A stretch of DNA of 64,000 bases from Tepidisphaera sp. (GCA_050916045.1 CP051526.1:1312001-1376000); one strand, 5' to 3'; numbered from the stretch's first letter, positions 28,874-41,291 are shown. Notes: generated by a model not told the origin, from the letters alone. Numbers and translations: made by a program.

Positions 28874-31800
28874 TCACCGCGGACTCGTCGGCGGCGGCGA
28901 AACGCGATCACGCTCGACCGACGCTCCGCTCCGCGATTCCAACCCCGACATCATCAGATCCGCTTCGGACTTGTCCGCGAAAATCCCCGAGAGCGCCCCT
29001 CGGGCGGTCCGGAACGGCTCGACGCTGATCCGAGGATTGATCGCGGTTCCGCGCACCACCGTCGTCACCAGCTCGTTCCGGAAACCTTCGAGGATCGGCG
29101 TCAGCACAGGGATCCGCGTGTTCGACCGCGAGTTGAACACCAGGTTGAGATCCATCCCCGGCCACGTCACCGTTCCAAATCCGCGGAGCTCGATCCCCGG
29201 CGAAAGCACGCTCACCCGCTCGAGCGCCACCGTCGGGCCGGTGATGAAGAACGACGCGATCGCCGTGTCCAGCCGCTCACCCACCGGGATCTGAAAGTTC
29301 GAGAACGTGATCAGCGGCAGCAGCACCGGCATGTCGATCACCGCGCCCCCGCCCGCCGTCAGAGTCCCGCGCCCGCGACGCGAAGAGACGTCGCCCGCGA
29401 TCCCGCCGAGCGTGATGCTCCCGTCGATCAGCGGCGAAGGCTCCACCGCAGTCCTCCCCGGCGAAAGGTCGCTCATGACGCCATTGAGCGCCACGCCGCC
29501 GATGCTGATCAGCGTCTCAAACGACGCCGGACCGTCCGGCTTCGCGGGGTCCTGCGGGCGAAGCGTTGCTTCCACCGCGATGTTCCCGCCGTGGCACGAG
29601 CCTCGCACCTCCGGCACGATCGTCTCGCCCGGCTTGCTCCCGTTGTGAAGCCGCGCGGTGAGGTTCGTCATCGCGACGCTCGCCGCCCGCGCCGTCGGCA
29701 GAAGCGCCGACATCGTGTACGCCACCTCGCCCTTCGGCGTGCGCGACGTCTCGAACCGCACCGTTCCGTCCGCTTTCGTCACCAGCACACCCACGTCCGC
29801 CCCGAGATTCTCGAAACCGACCGTCCCCGACGACGCAAAGCTCGGCACCGGACCCGCGGGCTCACTGCCAGGCGCGGGCCACCCCAGCGAGAGTTTCACG
29901 TCTTCGAACGTCATCCTCCCCTCGGCTTTCAGATCCACCGCCGTCGCAAGATCACGCACCGTCAGCGGCAGAAGCGACATCAGCGACGCCGGCACGCCCT
30001 GCGACGTCCCGCCGAACGTCGCGTTCAGGCTCGGTGCCCCGTCCGGCGCGACCGTCCAGCCCCCGTCGATCGACATCGACCACTCTTCGTTGACAAGCTT
30101 GAGCGCCTCGAACGTTCCCCGCTCGCGCCCGAACCGGATCGTCCCCGTCGCGCTCGGCACATCGACATCCACCGTTTCGCCGTGCACCGCGAGACTCTTC
30201 AGCCCGAGCACGCCATCCACTTCCCACGGCGTCGCCGCTTTCCCGCCGCGAGCCGCGAACCCCGGACGGTCAAGCTTCATCGCGACATCAAACCCGCCCC
30301 GCGGGTTCCGCTCGTGCAGAAACGTCGCGAAGTCCGGGCTCAAACGCTCCGCGATCACCGCCCGCGTCAGAGGCGATTCAAACCGCGCCCCGTCAAGCTT
30401 CACCGAAAGCGACCCCGCATCGATCCCATCCTTGATCTCCAGCACGCCGTCGAGCGTCAGATCCGCCACCGGATGTGTCGTCGTCGGAACGTGGATCCCG
30501 GCCCTGAGATTCTCGAACCTCAGCTTCGACGCCGCCTCCCCAGCTCCGACGTCAAACTTCAGCATCCCCGTCCACGGGCCCATCGCAAGCCGCACCGGCC
30601 CCGCGTGCGGAGCGCCCTTTACAAGCTCCGGCACGTACGTCAACTCCACGCCGCGCCCGCCCGACGCCTCCACCTGCACCCCAAGCGGACTGGCTCCGTC
30701 GTCCCACACGTGCGTGCGCAGGTCCACCGCCCCCGCCGGCTGAAACCGATCCCGAAGCTGCGTGATCGTCCGGCCCGCCAACGGCGAGAAAAGCCCGACC
30801 ACGCCCTCCACACGCGCCGACGTATCCAGCCCTGTCACGTCGATCCGCGATTCAAACGTCGTCGCACCCCCCCCGGGAAACGCCGCCGTCACATCAACAC
30901 CAAGCCGGCCCGCCGGCATCGTCCCCGCGTCCGAATGCCGTGAGAGACTCGCCCCGAGATTCATCTTGAACGATCGATCATCCACATCAAGCGTGCCGCC
31001 CACGTCGGTCAGCATCGTCGCGCTGTCCGGCGAGCACGTCGCCCCCGCGAAACCCACCCGCGCTTTGAACCCGATCTCCCCCGGCGCCACATCCCCGATC
31101 CAGATCTCCGCTTCGCCCGCGCCCCGAAGCCGAAGCCCCGTCAGAACATCGCCAAGCGTCCGCGCATCCTCGCCAACCCCGCCCAGCGGCCGATCCTTCG
31201 CCGGAATCGCATTCACAAGCAGGTCGTCAAACGGCATCCCCTTCGCCGAGATGTTGATATCCGTCTCGCGCTGCGGGTTCTTCTCGTCCTTTACGACCTC
31301 CGCCGGCGACGTGCTGAAGTCCGCCCTCGCGTGCACCGTCGCTTCGCCGCCGCGAAGCGCCGAGAACCTCCCACCCTCCACGCTCAGCACCGTGTCATCC
31401 ACCAGCAGCTTCACGTCCCGCGCGATCATCGGAAGCGGGAACCGCTTGGGCAGAATCCCCGCCTGCGGGATCTCGATCTCGATGATCTGCGTCCAGGGCA
31501 TGTTCCGCCCGAACGGCGTGTCCAGCTTGAGATTCACGTTCCCGATCCCGCCCAGCGTGAACGCCGGAGCCGTCGCCCGCGCCTCCGCCAGCGCAAGCTC
31601 GGCCACCATCGCATCCGGAATCGGCCTCCCCGCCTGCTTCAGCGCGTCATGCTTCGCGCGGGCCGCCGCGAGCGCCTCCGCCCGCTTGCTCGCTTCCTCC
31701 GGCGTCACGATCAGACCCGCCGCCAGAAGCTCCTCCCGCCGCGGGTTGCTGAACAGCGCATCCAGAACGCCCCGCCGCCTGGGCCCCAGCCCCTCCGCCA

Positions 31801-33259
31801 GCGACTCATCCACCGGCACGTCGCGCACCTGGATGTCCAGATTGACCGCCGCTTCATCCGTCAGCGGCGTGATCAACCCGCGCAGATGAAGGCTTGCACC
31901 GTTCTCGGCTTTCCCTTCCAACCTCACGATTCGAAGCGAGCTCTCGTCGAACTCGAACAGCGCCGTCATGTTCTTGAACTCGTACGGGAACCGCACGAAC
32001 GACGCACGCCCCTCCCGAAACTCGATCGTCCCCGAAACCTTCGGCGCACTCTCTCCCGCGCCCCTCGTCACCACCACCCGTGAATCCACGACTCCCGAAG
32101 GCCGCGAGAACATGTCCAGACGCTTGTGCACGATCGGCGGCAGGAACGGAAGCAGCCTCGGCGAGGGCGCAAGCTCAAACCCCTTCGTCGCGATCGTCGC
32201 TTCAAACGGCGCATCGAGAGTCGTCCCCTTCCACGAAAGCGTCACCTCCGCCGGAAGATCCTCAAGCTTGCCGATCAGCCGCGCCGAAAGCTCCCCGTCC
32301 CGCACCCGCAGCATCCCCGACACGCCGCTCAACCTCGGATACCGCTGACCCGCCGGCGCCGCGCTCGACAGATCCTCGAACGGAAGCGTCACCGCCACGT
32401 CATGAAGCTCAATCGCCGCGTCGATCCCGCGCACCAGCGACCGCTCCGGAGCGCCCGCACCGGGAATCGCCACCGCGAACGTCGTCCCCGCGATCCGCCC
32501 CTCAAGGTTCAGCTTCGCAAAAAGCTCGCGAAGCGGCCCGGGCACGCTCTCCGCCGTCAGCACATCCAGCGTCACCCCGTCCAGCCGACCTTCCACCGCT
32601 TGCGGCGTGATCGTCCCCGTCAGCGCCAGCGCCCCGGCCTCCCCCCCAGGCTGCCGCAGATCAAACGTGTAACTTCCCGCAGCCTCCTGCGGCTTCAGAT
32701 CCCCCGTCAGATCCATCTTCCGAAGCGTGTGAAACGCGGTCGACGTGTGCTCGCCAAGCTCAAAGTGCCCCCGCGTGATCCGCGCCACCGGCAGATCGCC
32801 CCCGCCGCCGCCCGCGATCTTGAACGCCGGCACGTTCGCTCGTCCGTCCTCAAGCGACTGGCTCAGCCGCACCACAAGCCCGTCGACCTCCACGCTCCGA
32901 AGCGGAACATCCCCGCCCCAAAGCCCGCGCCACCACGGCGCATGCACATCGATCGTCTCCGCCCGTGCGAATTCCCCCGCCGGACCCGCCACACCCGCCG
33001 CTCGAACCACAAGCCCGCGAACCAGGATCTCCCCGCTCGCCGAAAGCCTGATCGACTCCGCTTCCACCGGCACACCAAGCCGCGACGACAGAATCGACGT
33101 CCCCACCAGCCGCGTCACAAAGCTCCGCGTCACGAGCAGCCACCCGCCGACCGCGAGCCCAGCCACGCACGCAAGCACGATCGCGGCTCGACGACCGCGA
33201 CGGCCCCGCACCTTCCGCTCCGCTGCCGGTTTCACTGATCCAGTCGGCGTTTCGCCCAT
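28874..33259 (-). CDS. AsmA-like / YhdP-type large periplasmic protein
   Basis: Single N-terminal TM, about 1460 aa of repetitive beta strands, C-terminal VRGTAINPRI. Confidence 0.75.
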   Translation of the reverse strand: MGETPTGSVKPAAERKVRGRRGRRAAIVLACVAGLAVGGWLLVTRSFVTRLVGTSILSSRLGVPVEAESIRLSASGEILVRGLVVRAAGVAGPAGEFARAETIDVHAPWWRGLWGGDVPLRSVEVDGLVVRLSQSLEDGRANVPAFKIAGGGGGDLPVARITRGHFELGEHTSTAFHTLRKMDLTGDLKPQEAAGSYTFDLRQPGGEAGALALTGTITPQAVEGRLDGVTLDVLTAESVPGPLRELFAKLNLEGRIAGTTFAVAIPGAGAPERSLVRGIDAAIELHDVAVTLPFEDLSSAAPAGQRYPRLSGVSGMLRVRDGELSARLIGKLEDLPAEVTLSWKGTTLDAPFEATIATKGFELAPSPRLLPFLPPIVHKRLDMFSRPSGVVDSRVVVTRGAGESAPKVSGTIEFREGRASFVRFPYEFKNMTALFEFDESSLRIVRLEGKAENGASLHLRGLITPLTDEAAVNLDIQVRDVPVDESLAEGLGPRRRGVLDALFSNPRREELLAAGLIVTPEEASKRAEALAAARAKHDALKQAGRPIPDAMVAELALAEARATAPAFTLGGIGNVNLKLDTPFGRNMPWTQIIEIEIPQAGILPKRFPLPMIARDVKLLVDDTVLSVEGGRFSALRGGEATVHARADFSTSPAEVVKDEKNPQRETDINISAKGMPFDDLLVNAIPAKDRPLGGVGEDARTLGDVLTGLRLRGAGEAEIWIGDVAPGEIGFKARVGFAGATCSPDSATMLTDVGGTLDVDDRSFKMNLGASLSRHSDAGTMPAGRLGVDVTAAFPGGGATTFESRIDVTGLDTSARVEGVVGLFSPLAGRTITQLRDRFQPAGAVDLRTHVWDDGASPLGVQVEASGGRGVELTYVPELVKGAPHAGPVRLAMGPWTGMLKFDVGAGEAASKLRFENLRAGIHVPTTTHPVADLTLDGVLEIKDGIDAGSLSVKLDGARFESPLTRAVIAERLSPDFATFLHERNPRGGFDVAMKLDRPGFAARGGKAATPWEVDGVLGLKSLAVHGETVDVDVPSATGTIRFGRERGTFEALKLVNEEWSMSIDGGWTVAPDGAPSLNATFGGTSQGVPASLMSLLPLTVRDLATAVDLKAEGRMTFEDVKLSLGWPAPGSEPAGPVPSFASSGTVGFENLGADVGVLVTKADGTVRFETSRTPKGEVAYTMSALLPTARAASVAMTNLTARLHNGSKPGETIVPEVRGSCHGGNIAVEATLRPQDPAKPDGPASFETLISIGGVALNGVMSDLSPGRTAVEPSPLIDGSITLGGIAGDVSSRRGRGTLTAGGGAVIDMPVLLPLITFSNFQIPVGERLDTAIASFFITGPTVALERVSVLSPGIELRGFGTVTWPGMDLNLVFNSRSNTRIPVLTPILEGFRNELVTTVVRGTAINPRISVEPFRTARGALSGIFADKSEADLMMSGLESRSGASVERDRVSPPPTSPR

Positions 33260-33357
33260 CACTCGTATTGTTGCCCGCACGGCCCGCGAATCCATGAGCC
33301 GCGGATGGGGCCCGCCTCACCCGCCCACACTTCTCCGTGCCGCCGTTCAGCGACCGC

Positions 33358-34365
33358 TCAATCCACGAACACCGAAGCCAGCGTCGGAACGTTCGGCCCG
33401 CTTCGAACATCATAGAAAATCCGCAGGAACGCGTTGGACCCCAGCCCCGGCAGTTCCTCCGGATACACCGGCACGCACGTGTCGTCGTTCTCGTTCACGA
33501 AGATATTGTCCGCGTGGTGCCGCACGCCCCCGATGTCCACCGAGTACACCACCTGCACCGACGTCAGGTCCGGCGAGGTCTCAAACGACACGTGCCCGTC
33601 GTTGTAACCCACGTTCCCGTCCCACTTCTTCGGGCTCCCGTGCGTCAAAAGCGTGTTGGAGTTCGCCCCGCTCGCGCCCGGCACCGGTGCCCAGTTCCCC
33701 GCCGTCCCCTCGTACCGCGGCGCCCGATCCGACACCACGGGCTCCTTCGAGCTCCCCGTCGCCGTCCAGTACCGCATCCGATTGCCAAACGGCGGGTTGT
33801 GCGAATACGAAACGTGCCCCACGGCACCGCCCCCGCGACGCCCCTGAAGCCCGATCCCCGTCGTCCCCGCTTCACCCGGCGCTCCCGCGAACCCCGGATC
33901 CCACATCGCGAGGCTCGGGTTGTTCGCCGCCGTCGGAAGCTTCGTCTGGTACCCCTCGTCCTTCACGATCGCCGGGTTCTTCTCGCTCGGACAGACCGCG
34001 AGCGGCGCCGTGAAGTACTCACCATAAATCAGCACCGAGAAAATGTTCCCGGTGTTGTCCTTCTGGCCCATGCACCCGAGCGGCTCCGTGATCGTCGCGT
34101 CATTCGCGTCCAGCCGGCTCGGAATCGGATAATCGTCCTTGTTGTTCTGCGCCCAGAACGCAAGCCCCTGCACCGACGACCGGATCCCCGCCGAGCATTT
34201 CAGCGACCGCGCCATGTTCCGCGCCGTCCCCAGCGCCGGCAGCGTCAGGCTGATCAGGATCGAGATGATCGCGATCACCACCAGAAGCTCAATCAGCGTG
34301 AATCCCGCCGCCCGACCCAGCCCGCGATCCAGCTCCCGACCCGATCCGACGTTCCGTTGACGCAT
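33358..34365 (-). CDS. Prepilin-type N-terminal cleavage/methylation protein with H-X9-DG motif (DUF1559-like)
   Basis: [35 protein letters not shown]. Confidence 0.9.
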   Translation of the reverse strand: MRQRNVGSGRELDRGLGRAAGFTLIELLVVIAIISILISLTLPALGTARNMARSLKCSAGIRSSVQGLAFWAQNNKDDYPIPSRLDANDATITEPLGCMGQKDNTGNIFSVLIYGEYFTAPLAVCPSEKNPAIVKDEGYQTKLPTAANNPSLAMWDPGFAGAPGEAGTTGIGLQGRRGGGAVGHVSYSHNPPFGNRMRYWTATGSSKEPVVSDRAPRYEGTAGNWAPVPGASGANSNTLLTHGSPKKWDGNVGYNDGHVSFETSPDLTSVQVVYSVDIGGVRHHADNIFVNENDDTCVPVYPEELPGLGSNAFLRIFYDVRSGPNVPTLASVFVD

Positions 34366-34574
34366 CTGCGAATCCCCTTCGCCCACCCGCAAACGCCCGA
34401 CCCCGCCGCCATTCCTTCGCCCGCGACCGACCCCTTCCCGGACAGTCTATCGGATTTCCATTCGCACCAAACCCCCTCAGGGTGCGTCTTTCACCCGCTT
34501 TGGGCAATTCCCCGCCGCCGCCCCCCTCCCGAAACACGCTTTCATCCTCCCGAACCCTCCTCCTACCCTCTCAC

Positions 34575-36125
<1,551 letters not shown>

Positions 36126-36142
36126 CCCCCTACGTTCTCCGC

Positions 36143-37144
36143 ATGGCCGACCGCGCGAAAATCTCCGACGTCGCGATCCTCAAGGACCTCAAGGTCGCCC
36201 TCCTTAAGTTCTCCGAGAACGTCCGCACCACCATGTCCGGCGTCGACTCCGAGGTCCAGCGCGTCGGCCAGTGGCTCACCCAGGAACGCCCCGCCCACTG
36301 GAAACACGAGCTCCGCCGCCGCGAAGACAAGGTCCAGCACGCCAAAGCCGCCATCGCCACCAAGCAGCTCGCCCGCGCCCCAGACCCCGTCTCCGTCGCT
36401 CAGGAACGCAAAGACCTCCAGAAAGCCCAGCGCATCCTCGAAGAAGGCCAGCACCGCGCCGCCGCCGTCAAACGCTGGGCCCCCGTCTGGGACCGCGAAG
36501 CCCAGCTCTACAAATCCTCCTGCTCAGGCCTCGGCGAAACCCTCGAACGAGACATCCCCCAAGGCGTCGCACGCCTCGAGCGCATGCTCAAAGCACTCGA
36601 AGACTACCTCCGCCTCACCGGCGTCGAAACCGCCGAACAGCTCGCACAAGGCCTCGATCAAGCCACGACCCCCGCCGAAGATCCGGTCGCCCACCGCTAC
36701 GCCGCACTCCGCACCCACTTCCCCACCGCCGAGCAGCGCGCAAGCCTCGCACCCGCACCCGTCAAGGACCTCCGCTGGGCCGCCGGGCCGATCTCCGAAG
36801 CCGACGCGCTCGCCATCTCGCGACTCTCCATCGCCGGCAACCCGCCCGGCCCCGACGACACCATCGTCCTCGCCTGGCGCACCCTCGAGGTCACCTCGTT
36901 CCTCGCCGCTCGCATCGAAACCCCCGCCGGCGACAGCGGCTGGTACCTCGGCCCCTTCGACCGCCCCGAAGCAACCGGCGGCCTCCGAGCAACCACCGTC
37001 GCAAGCCTCCTGCAGGAACTCCCCTGGCTCCGCCCGGTCCTCACCCTCGCTCCAGGTTCCCTCGTCGTCGCCAAAGCAGGCACCATCGACGCCGTCCTCG
37101 ATCAAAACGACCGCGACGCCTGGGCCTCCCATTCGTGGATGTAG
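36143..37144 (+). CDS. Helical-hairpin/coiled-coil protein fused to an Imm33-like C-terminal domain
   Basis: N-terminal amphipathic helices with QWL..HWKHELRRR; C-terminal GDSGWYLG..PWLRPVLTLAPG. Confidence 0.6.
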   Translation: MADRAKISDVAILKDLKVALLKFSENVRTTMSGVDSEVQRVGQWLTQERPAHWKHELRRREDKVQHAKAAIATKQLARAPDPVSVAQERKDLQKAQRILEEGQHRAAAVKRWAPVWDREAQLYKSSCSGLGETLERDIPQGVARLERMLKALEDYLRLTGVETAEQLAQGLDQATTPAEDPVAHRYAALRTHFPTAEQRASLAPAPVKDLRWAAGPISEADALAISRLSIAGNPPGPDDTIVLAWRTLEVTSFLAARIETPAGDSGWYLGPFDRPEATGGLRATTVASLLQELPWLRPVLTLAPGSLVVAKAGTIDAVLDQNDRDAWASHSWM

Positions 37145-37190
37145 ATGGTGCGCTTCGGACCGCTCTAGGCGGCAGTCTGGCTCCAGTCCC

Positions 37191-38690
37191 TTACGTTCCC
37201 GGCTTCAAGAGCACATCGACGACCACCGGCATGTGATCGCTCCCCTCGCTATCCCCGCGATCCAGGCCCGTCCGCGCCAGCGTCTCATCCGCCAGAATCG
37301 TCGAATCCAGCACGAACGAGTTCACCACCTCGATCCGGCTCGGCGCATAGAGCACATAATCCAGCCGCGACGGCCCAAACTCCGACGACCACTCACGCCA
37401 CGTCACCTTCACATCCCCGCCCAGCGCCACCGGCTCCGCCACCGCAAGATCCCCGCCTCCCTCATCAAGCTCCCGTCGCAGCAGCTCAAGCGGCGTCCGC
37501 GTTCCCACCAGATTGAAATCCCCGCCGATGATGTGCGGCACCGTCGGATCCCACGAAGAAAGCGCCCCCTGGATCGCCCGCGCCTCCCCCTGCCGGATCT
37601 GCTCCTCACGCCCGGTCGCTCCGCCGCAGCACTTGAGGTGCACGCTCGTGAACATGATCGGCGCGCCCGGTGTCATCACCTCCGCCGACGCCATCCGCAC
37701 CAGCCGCGGCTTGTCCGTCCCATCATCCATCCAAAGCGAATCAAGCTTCAGCTCGCCAAGCGGCATCCGGCTCGCCACCGCCGTCCCCGTCTCCGCCGTC
37801 TTCCTCACCTTCCACCCCGGCGCCCCGATCGCACCCGGAGCATGCAACTGAAGCCACGCTTCCACCGACGCCGCATCCCCGTCCGTCCACTCCTGGAAAA
37901 GCACCACGTCCGCGTCCAAAAGCGTCAAAACCCGCCCGAAACTCCCCGGCGACGACACCGGCTTGGCTTTCTCCACGTTGTACGACACCACCCGCACCGC
38001 CCCCTTGGGCTTCTCCGGCACATCCATCGTCGCGACCTTCGGCGTGGTCGCCGCCGGCCCCAGATGAACCTCAAACGGATCCGCCCACCCGTCGATCAAC
38101 CCCTCCTCATCCAGCGTCACGAACATCCCCGTGAACCGCTTGGACTCCCCGCTCCCCTCCGGCCCCGCCGCCCGCAAAAGCTCCCGATCAAACCGCATCT
38201 CGTACCACGTCGATGCATACGTCGGCGACGCGATCACCCCGGACGACCGGTTCGCGATCTTGCTCGTCTTCCCATCATCCCCCACACGCACCACCGACAT
38301 CCCGCGACCCGCTTTCCCATCCGCCCCACGCGGCGAAAACCGCACCTCCGCATCCACGCCAAGCTGCCGGAACACCTTCGCCGTGCTCCGACGCCCCGTC
38401 TCCGCATTCCCATCCACATCCAAATACAAAGCCACAGTCCGCGACGAAGCCTGCAACGCCTGCGGCTCCCCAGGCACCTTAAACCGCAAATACACGTGAT
38501 GCCCGTCCGCTTTCACCACCGACTCCGGCGACCACTCCTCAATCGACCCATCCACCCGCGGCCCAACCTCCGCCGCACAAGAAACCAGCCCCGCCATCAT
38601 CACAATCGCCAACCCCGCAGCCATCCCGCCAGCCAACCCGCCAGCGACGCCACCACCCAAGCCAAGCCGAACGCGATGAACAAGCTTCAT
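37191..38690 (-). CDS. Endonuclease/exonuclease/phosphatase family lipoprotein
   Basis: VVSYNV, DVVLFQE, HLKCC, GGDFN, RLDYV, SDHMPV; LVSC lipobox; GGGAG SD before MKLVHR. Confidence 0.9.
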   Translation of the reverse strand: MKLVHRVRLGLGGGVAGGLAGGMAAGLAIVMMAGLVSCAAEVGPRVDGSIEEWSPESVVKADGHHVYLRFKVPGEPQALQASSRTVALYLDVDGNAETGRRSTAKVFRQLGVDAEVRFSPRGADGKAGRGMSVVRVGDDGKTSKIANRSSGVIASPTYASTWYEMRFDRELLRAAGPEGSGESKRFTGMFVTLDEEGLIDGWADPFEVHLGPAATTPKVATMDVPEKPKGAVRVVSYNVEKAKPVSSPGSFGRVLTLLDADVVLFQEWTDGDAASVEAWLQLHAPGAIGAPGWKVRKTAETGTAVASRMPLGELKLDSLWMDDGTDKPRLVRMASAEVMTPGAPIMFTSVHLKCCGGATGREEQIRQGEARAIQGALSSWDPTVPHIIGGDFNLVGTRTPLELLRRELDEGGGDLAVAEPVALGGDVKVTWREWSSEFGPSRLDYVLYAPSRIEVVNSFVLDSTILADETLARTGLDRGDSEGSDHMPVVVDVLLKPGT

Positions 38691-38730
38691 GCGAAACTCC
38701 CGGTTGAAGTCTGAAATCCGTGCCTCGTGC

Positions 38731-38947
38731 TCTGAAATCTGAAATCTGAAATCTGAAATCTGCAATCTGCAATCTGAAATTTGAAATTCAAAATTCAAAA
38801 TCTGGAACTTGAAATTCAAAATTTGAAATTTCACATTTGAAATTTGAAATTCAAAATCTGAAACAGACGACCCGCGTCCCGCCCCCTGAAACTCCCAATC
38901 CAAAATCCAAAATCCAAAATCCAAAATCCAAAATCCAAAACTCAAAA
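38731..38947. repeat. Two heptamer tandem arrays (TCTGAAA/TTTGAAA/TTCAAAA about 19 units; TCCAAAA 6 units)
   Basis: Directly visible 7-nt periodicity at 38731-38863 and 38899-38947. Confidence 0.95.
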
Positions 38948-38991
38948 CCCAACCCCGCCCCCACCTCAAGCCCGAACTTCCCCATCTCCCC

Positions 38992-39450
38992 TCACTCCAC
39001 CTCAAACACAAACTCCACCTCCACCGGCGCCCCAAGCGGCAGCGCGATGTTCCCCACCGCCGCCCGCGCATGCTGCCCCTTCTCCCCAAACAGCTTCATC
39101 AAAAGCTCGCTCGCCCCGTTCGCCACCTTCGGCTGATCATAAAAACCCGCCCGGCTGCACACAAACACCCCCACACGCACCACCTGCTTCACCTTCGCCA
39201 GGTCACCAACCGCCGACTTCACCACCGCAAGCCCGTTCAGCACGCACCGCTCCGCACACGCCTGCGCCTGCTCCACCGTCACCTCGTCCGGCACCGCCCC
39301 CTTGTGAATCAGCTGCCCGTTCTCCATCGGAATCTGCCCCGCCACAAACACCAAGCTCCCCGTCCGGCGAAACGGCACGTACGCACCCGCTACTTTCGGG
39401 GGTGGCGGCAACGTCAGCCCAAGCGAAGCCAGCACCGCCTCAGGGTGCAT
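38992..39450 (-). CDS. RidA/YjgF family protein
   Basis: GAYVP, VAGQIP, VANGASELL, HARAAVG..LPLGAPVEVE; start could be 39507. Confidence 0.9.
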   Translation of the reverse strand: MHPEAVLASLGLTLPPPPKVAGAYVPFRRTGSLVFVAGQIPMENGQLIHKGAVPDEVTVEQAQACAERCVLNGLAVVKSAVGDLAKVKQVVRVGVFVCSRAGFYDQPKVANGASELLMKLFGEKGQHARAAVGNIALPLGAPVEVEFVFEVE

Positions 39451-40235
39451 CCCGGTGCCGGAGGAGGTCGTGGAGGTGGTGGGGGTGGGGGGCGTGGAGC
39501 TCGTCATCGCGGGGTTTCTCCGGGCTGAGCGGCTCCGAACGCACCCGGGATCCGCCCGCAGCGCTCCGAAACACGCTCACAACAGGACGGTACGGCGTGT
39601 GTTCGCGCGGCAGCCGCCCAGACCTTGACATTTTTTTGAGTTTTTTCGCCACCGCCGGAACAGATCCCGCCCACCCTGCGGATCTTTCCACTAGAATGTC
39701 CTAAGCGGCGGGCACTCGCCCTCACCGCACCCTTCACTCCTCTTCCTGCCCTTCCCTCGCCTCACCTTCAAAAAACAAAGCGTTCTGCAGAACGTCCGTT
39801 GGAGTTTCGTTCGAGTTCTCTGGTCACGGTTGCTGGCGGCAGGTCACATTCAGGGCGGTACACATAACCGCAGTCTTGAGGGCCCTTCTCGGCCCGTTCT
39901 CATCCCAAGCCCTGAGCGAGACTGACCCACCGACACCTTGGCCGACATTTCGGAGCCAGAGACGGGCTGTGAGCCGCGGGAATGACGACCGTCCGCTCGC
40001 AATCGTGTCCGTGTCGGCGTGGGTCTCGTGAAACGTGGCCTGGTTCGGTTCCGGAAATCTCCGGCAACCGCCCCAAGCACCCGTCCAACCTCCCGGATCG
40101 CTCTCGCCTCACCGCAGAGCCGCTCCGAGAGTCCAAGCGGAAACACGTCAAGGGGAATTTCACATTCGGTCGTCGCCAACTTCAGGGCCCCGGGCATGTC
40201 GCCCGATTCCGGGCCTGCACTAGAGGATGAGTCTC

Positions 40236-41255
40236 ATGTCGAATACGAAGAAGCGTTCCGGTTTCACGCTGATCGAACTGCTGGTGGTGATCGCGATCAT
40301 CGCCCTGCTCATCGGCATCCTTCTGCCGGCCCTGGGTCGCGCTCGCGCCCTCGCCCGTCAGATCAAGTGCTCGGCCAACGTCCGTGGTATCCACCAGGGC
40401 ATGGTCCTGTTCGCCCAGAACAACAACGAGCAGTACCCCATCCCGTCCGTCCTTGACAAGGCCAACAACACGATCCCGGCCGGCGGCTTCAAGGATCAGA
40501 CCCGCTCCATCATCTCCGTCCTGATCTACGGCACCTTCTTCGGCCCCGAAATCTGCGTTTCGCCCGCCGAAGCCAACGGCTCGATCGTCCTCGACAACAA
40601 CTACCAGTACTCCGAGCCCCAGGCCATCTCCGACGCCCAGAAGAAGAAGCTCGCCCTCTGGGACCCTTGGTTCCGCGCGACCCCCGTTGACGGCACGCCC
40701 AACGGCAGCTCCGAGCAGCCCAACGACACCGCCGGCAACTTCTCCTACGCTCACACGCCCCCCTTCGGCAGCCGCCGCAAGGTCTGGAGCAACACCTTCA
40801 ACGCCACGGAAGCCGTCCTCGGCAACCGCGGCCCCTGGTACGTTCTCTCGGGCGGAAACACTTCCTCTTGGCAGCTCGGCACCACGCCCGAGGCCGGATC
40901 GGTCAGCGATCCCAGCCGCCCGGCCAACGCCTCCCTCTCCAACACCCTGCTGATCCACGGCAGCCGGACCAACTGGGAAGGCAACATCGCCTACAACGAC
41001 AACCACGTCTCCTTCGAGAGCCGTCCTGACCCCGAGTCCACCCCCTTCACCTTCTCGACGCTGCCGGCCAACGCCCGCACGCAGTTCGACAACCTCTTCG
41101 TCTGCGAGCTCGACACCGACCGCAGCGCCTTCATCACCGACATCGGCGTGGCGAACTCCAACGGTCTGCTCCAGACCAACAACTACATCCGCTCTTGGGC
41201 CCGCGGCACCGGTGCCGGCAACGGCGTCACCAGCTACACCTGGTTCTGCGACTGA
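40236..41255 (+). CDS. Prepilin-type N-terminal cleavage/methylation protein (DUF1559-like), paralog of 33358..34365
   Basis: [42 protein letters not shown]. Confidence 0.9.
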   Translation: MSNTKKRSGFTLIELLVVIAIIALLIGILLPALGRARALARQIKCSANVRGIHQGMVLFAQNNNEQYPIPSVLDKANNTIPAGGFKDQTRSIISVLIYGTFFGPEICVSPAEANGSIVLDNNYQYSEPQAISDAQKKKLALWDPWFRATPVDGTPNGSSEQPNDTAGNFSYAHTPPFGSRRKVWSNTFNATEAVLGNRGPWYVLSGGNTSSWQLGTTPEAGSVSDPSRPANASLSNTLLIHGSRTNWEGNIAYNDNHVSFESRPDPESTPFTFSTLPANARTQFDNLFVCELDTDRSAFITDIGVANSNGLLQTNNYIRSWARGTGAGNGVTSYTWFCD

Positions 41256-41291
41256 TCGCGACCCCCTTCAGAATGTGATCTGAACATTCCT

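Noticed and set aside
38691..39089. N-terminal extension of the EEP ORF through the heptamer repeats (ORF track 37191..39089)
   Set aside because: It overlaps ridA and translates the repeats as FWILD/FQIS runs; a good SD, ATG and signal/lipobox exist at 38690
39821..39833. Sigma54 promoter TGGTCACGGTTGC
   Set aside because: GG-to-GC spacing is 8 nt rather than the required 10
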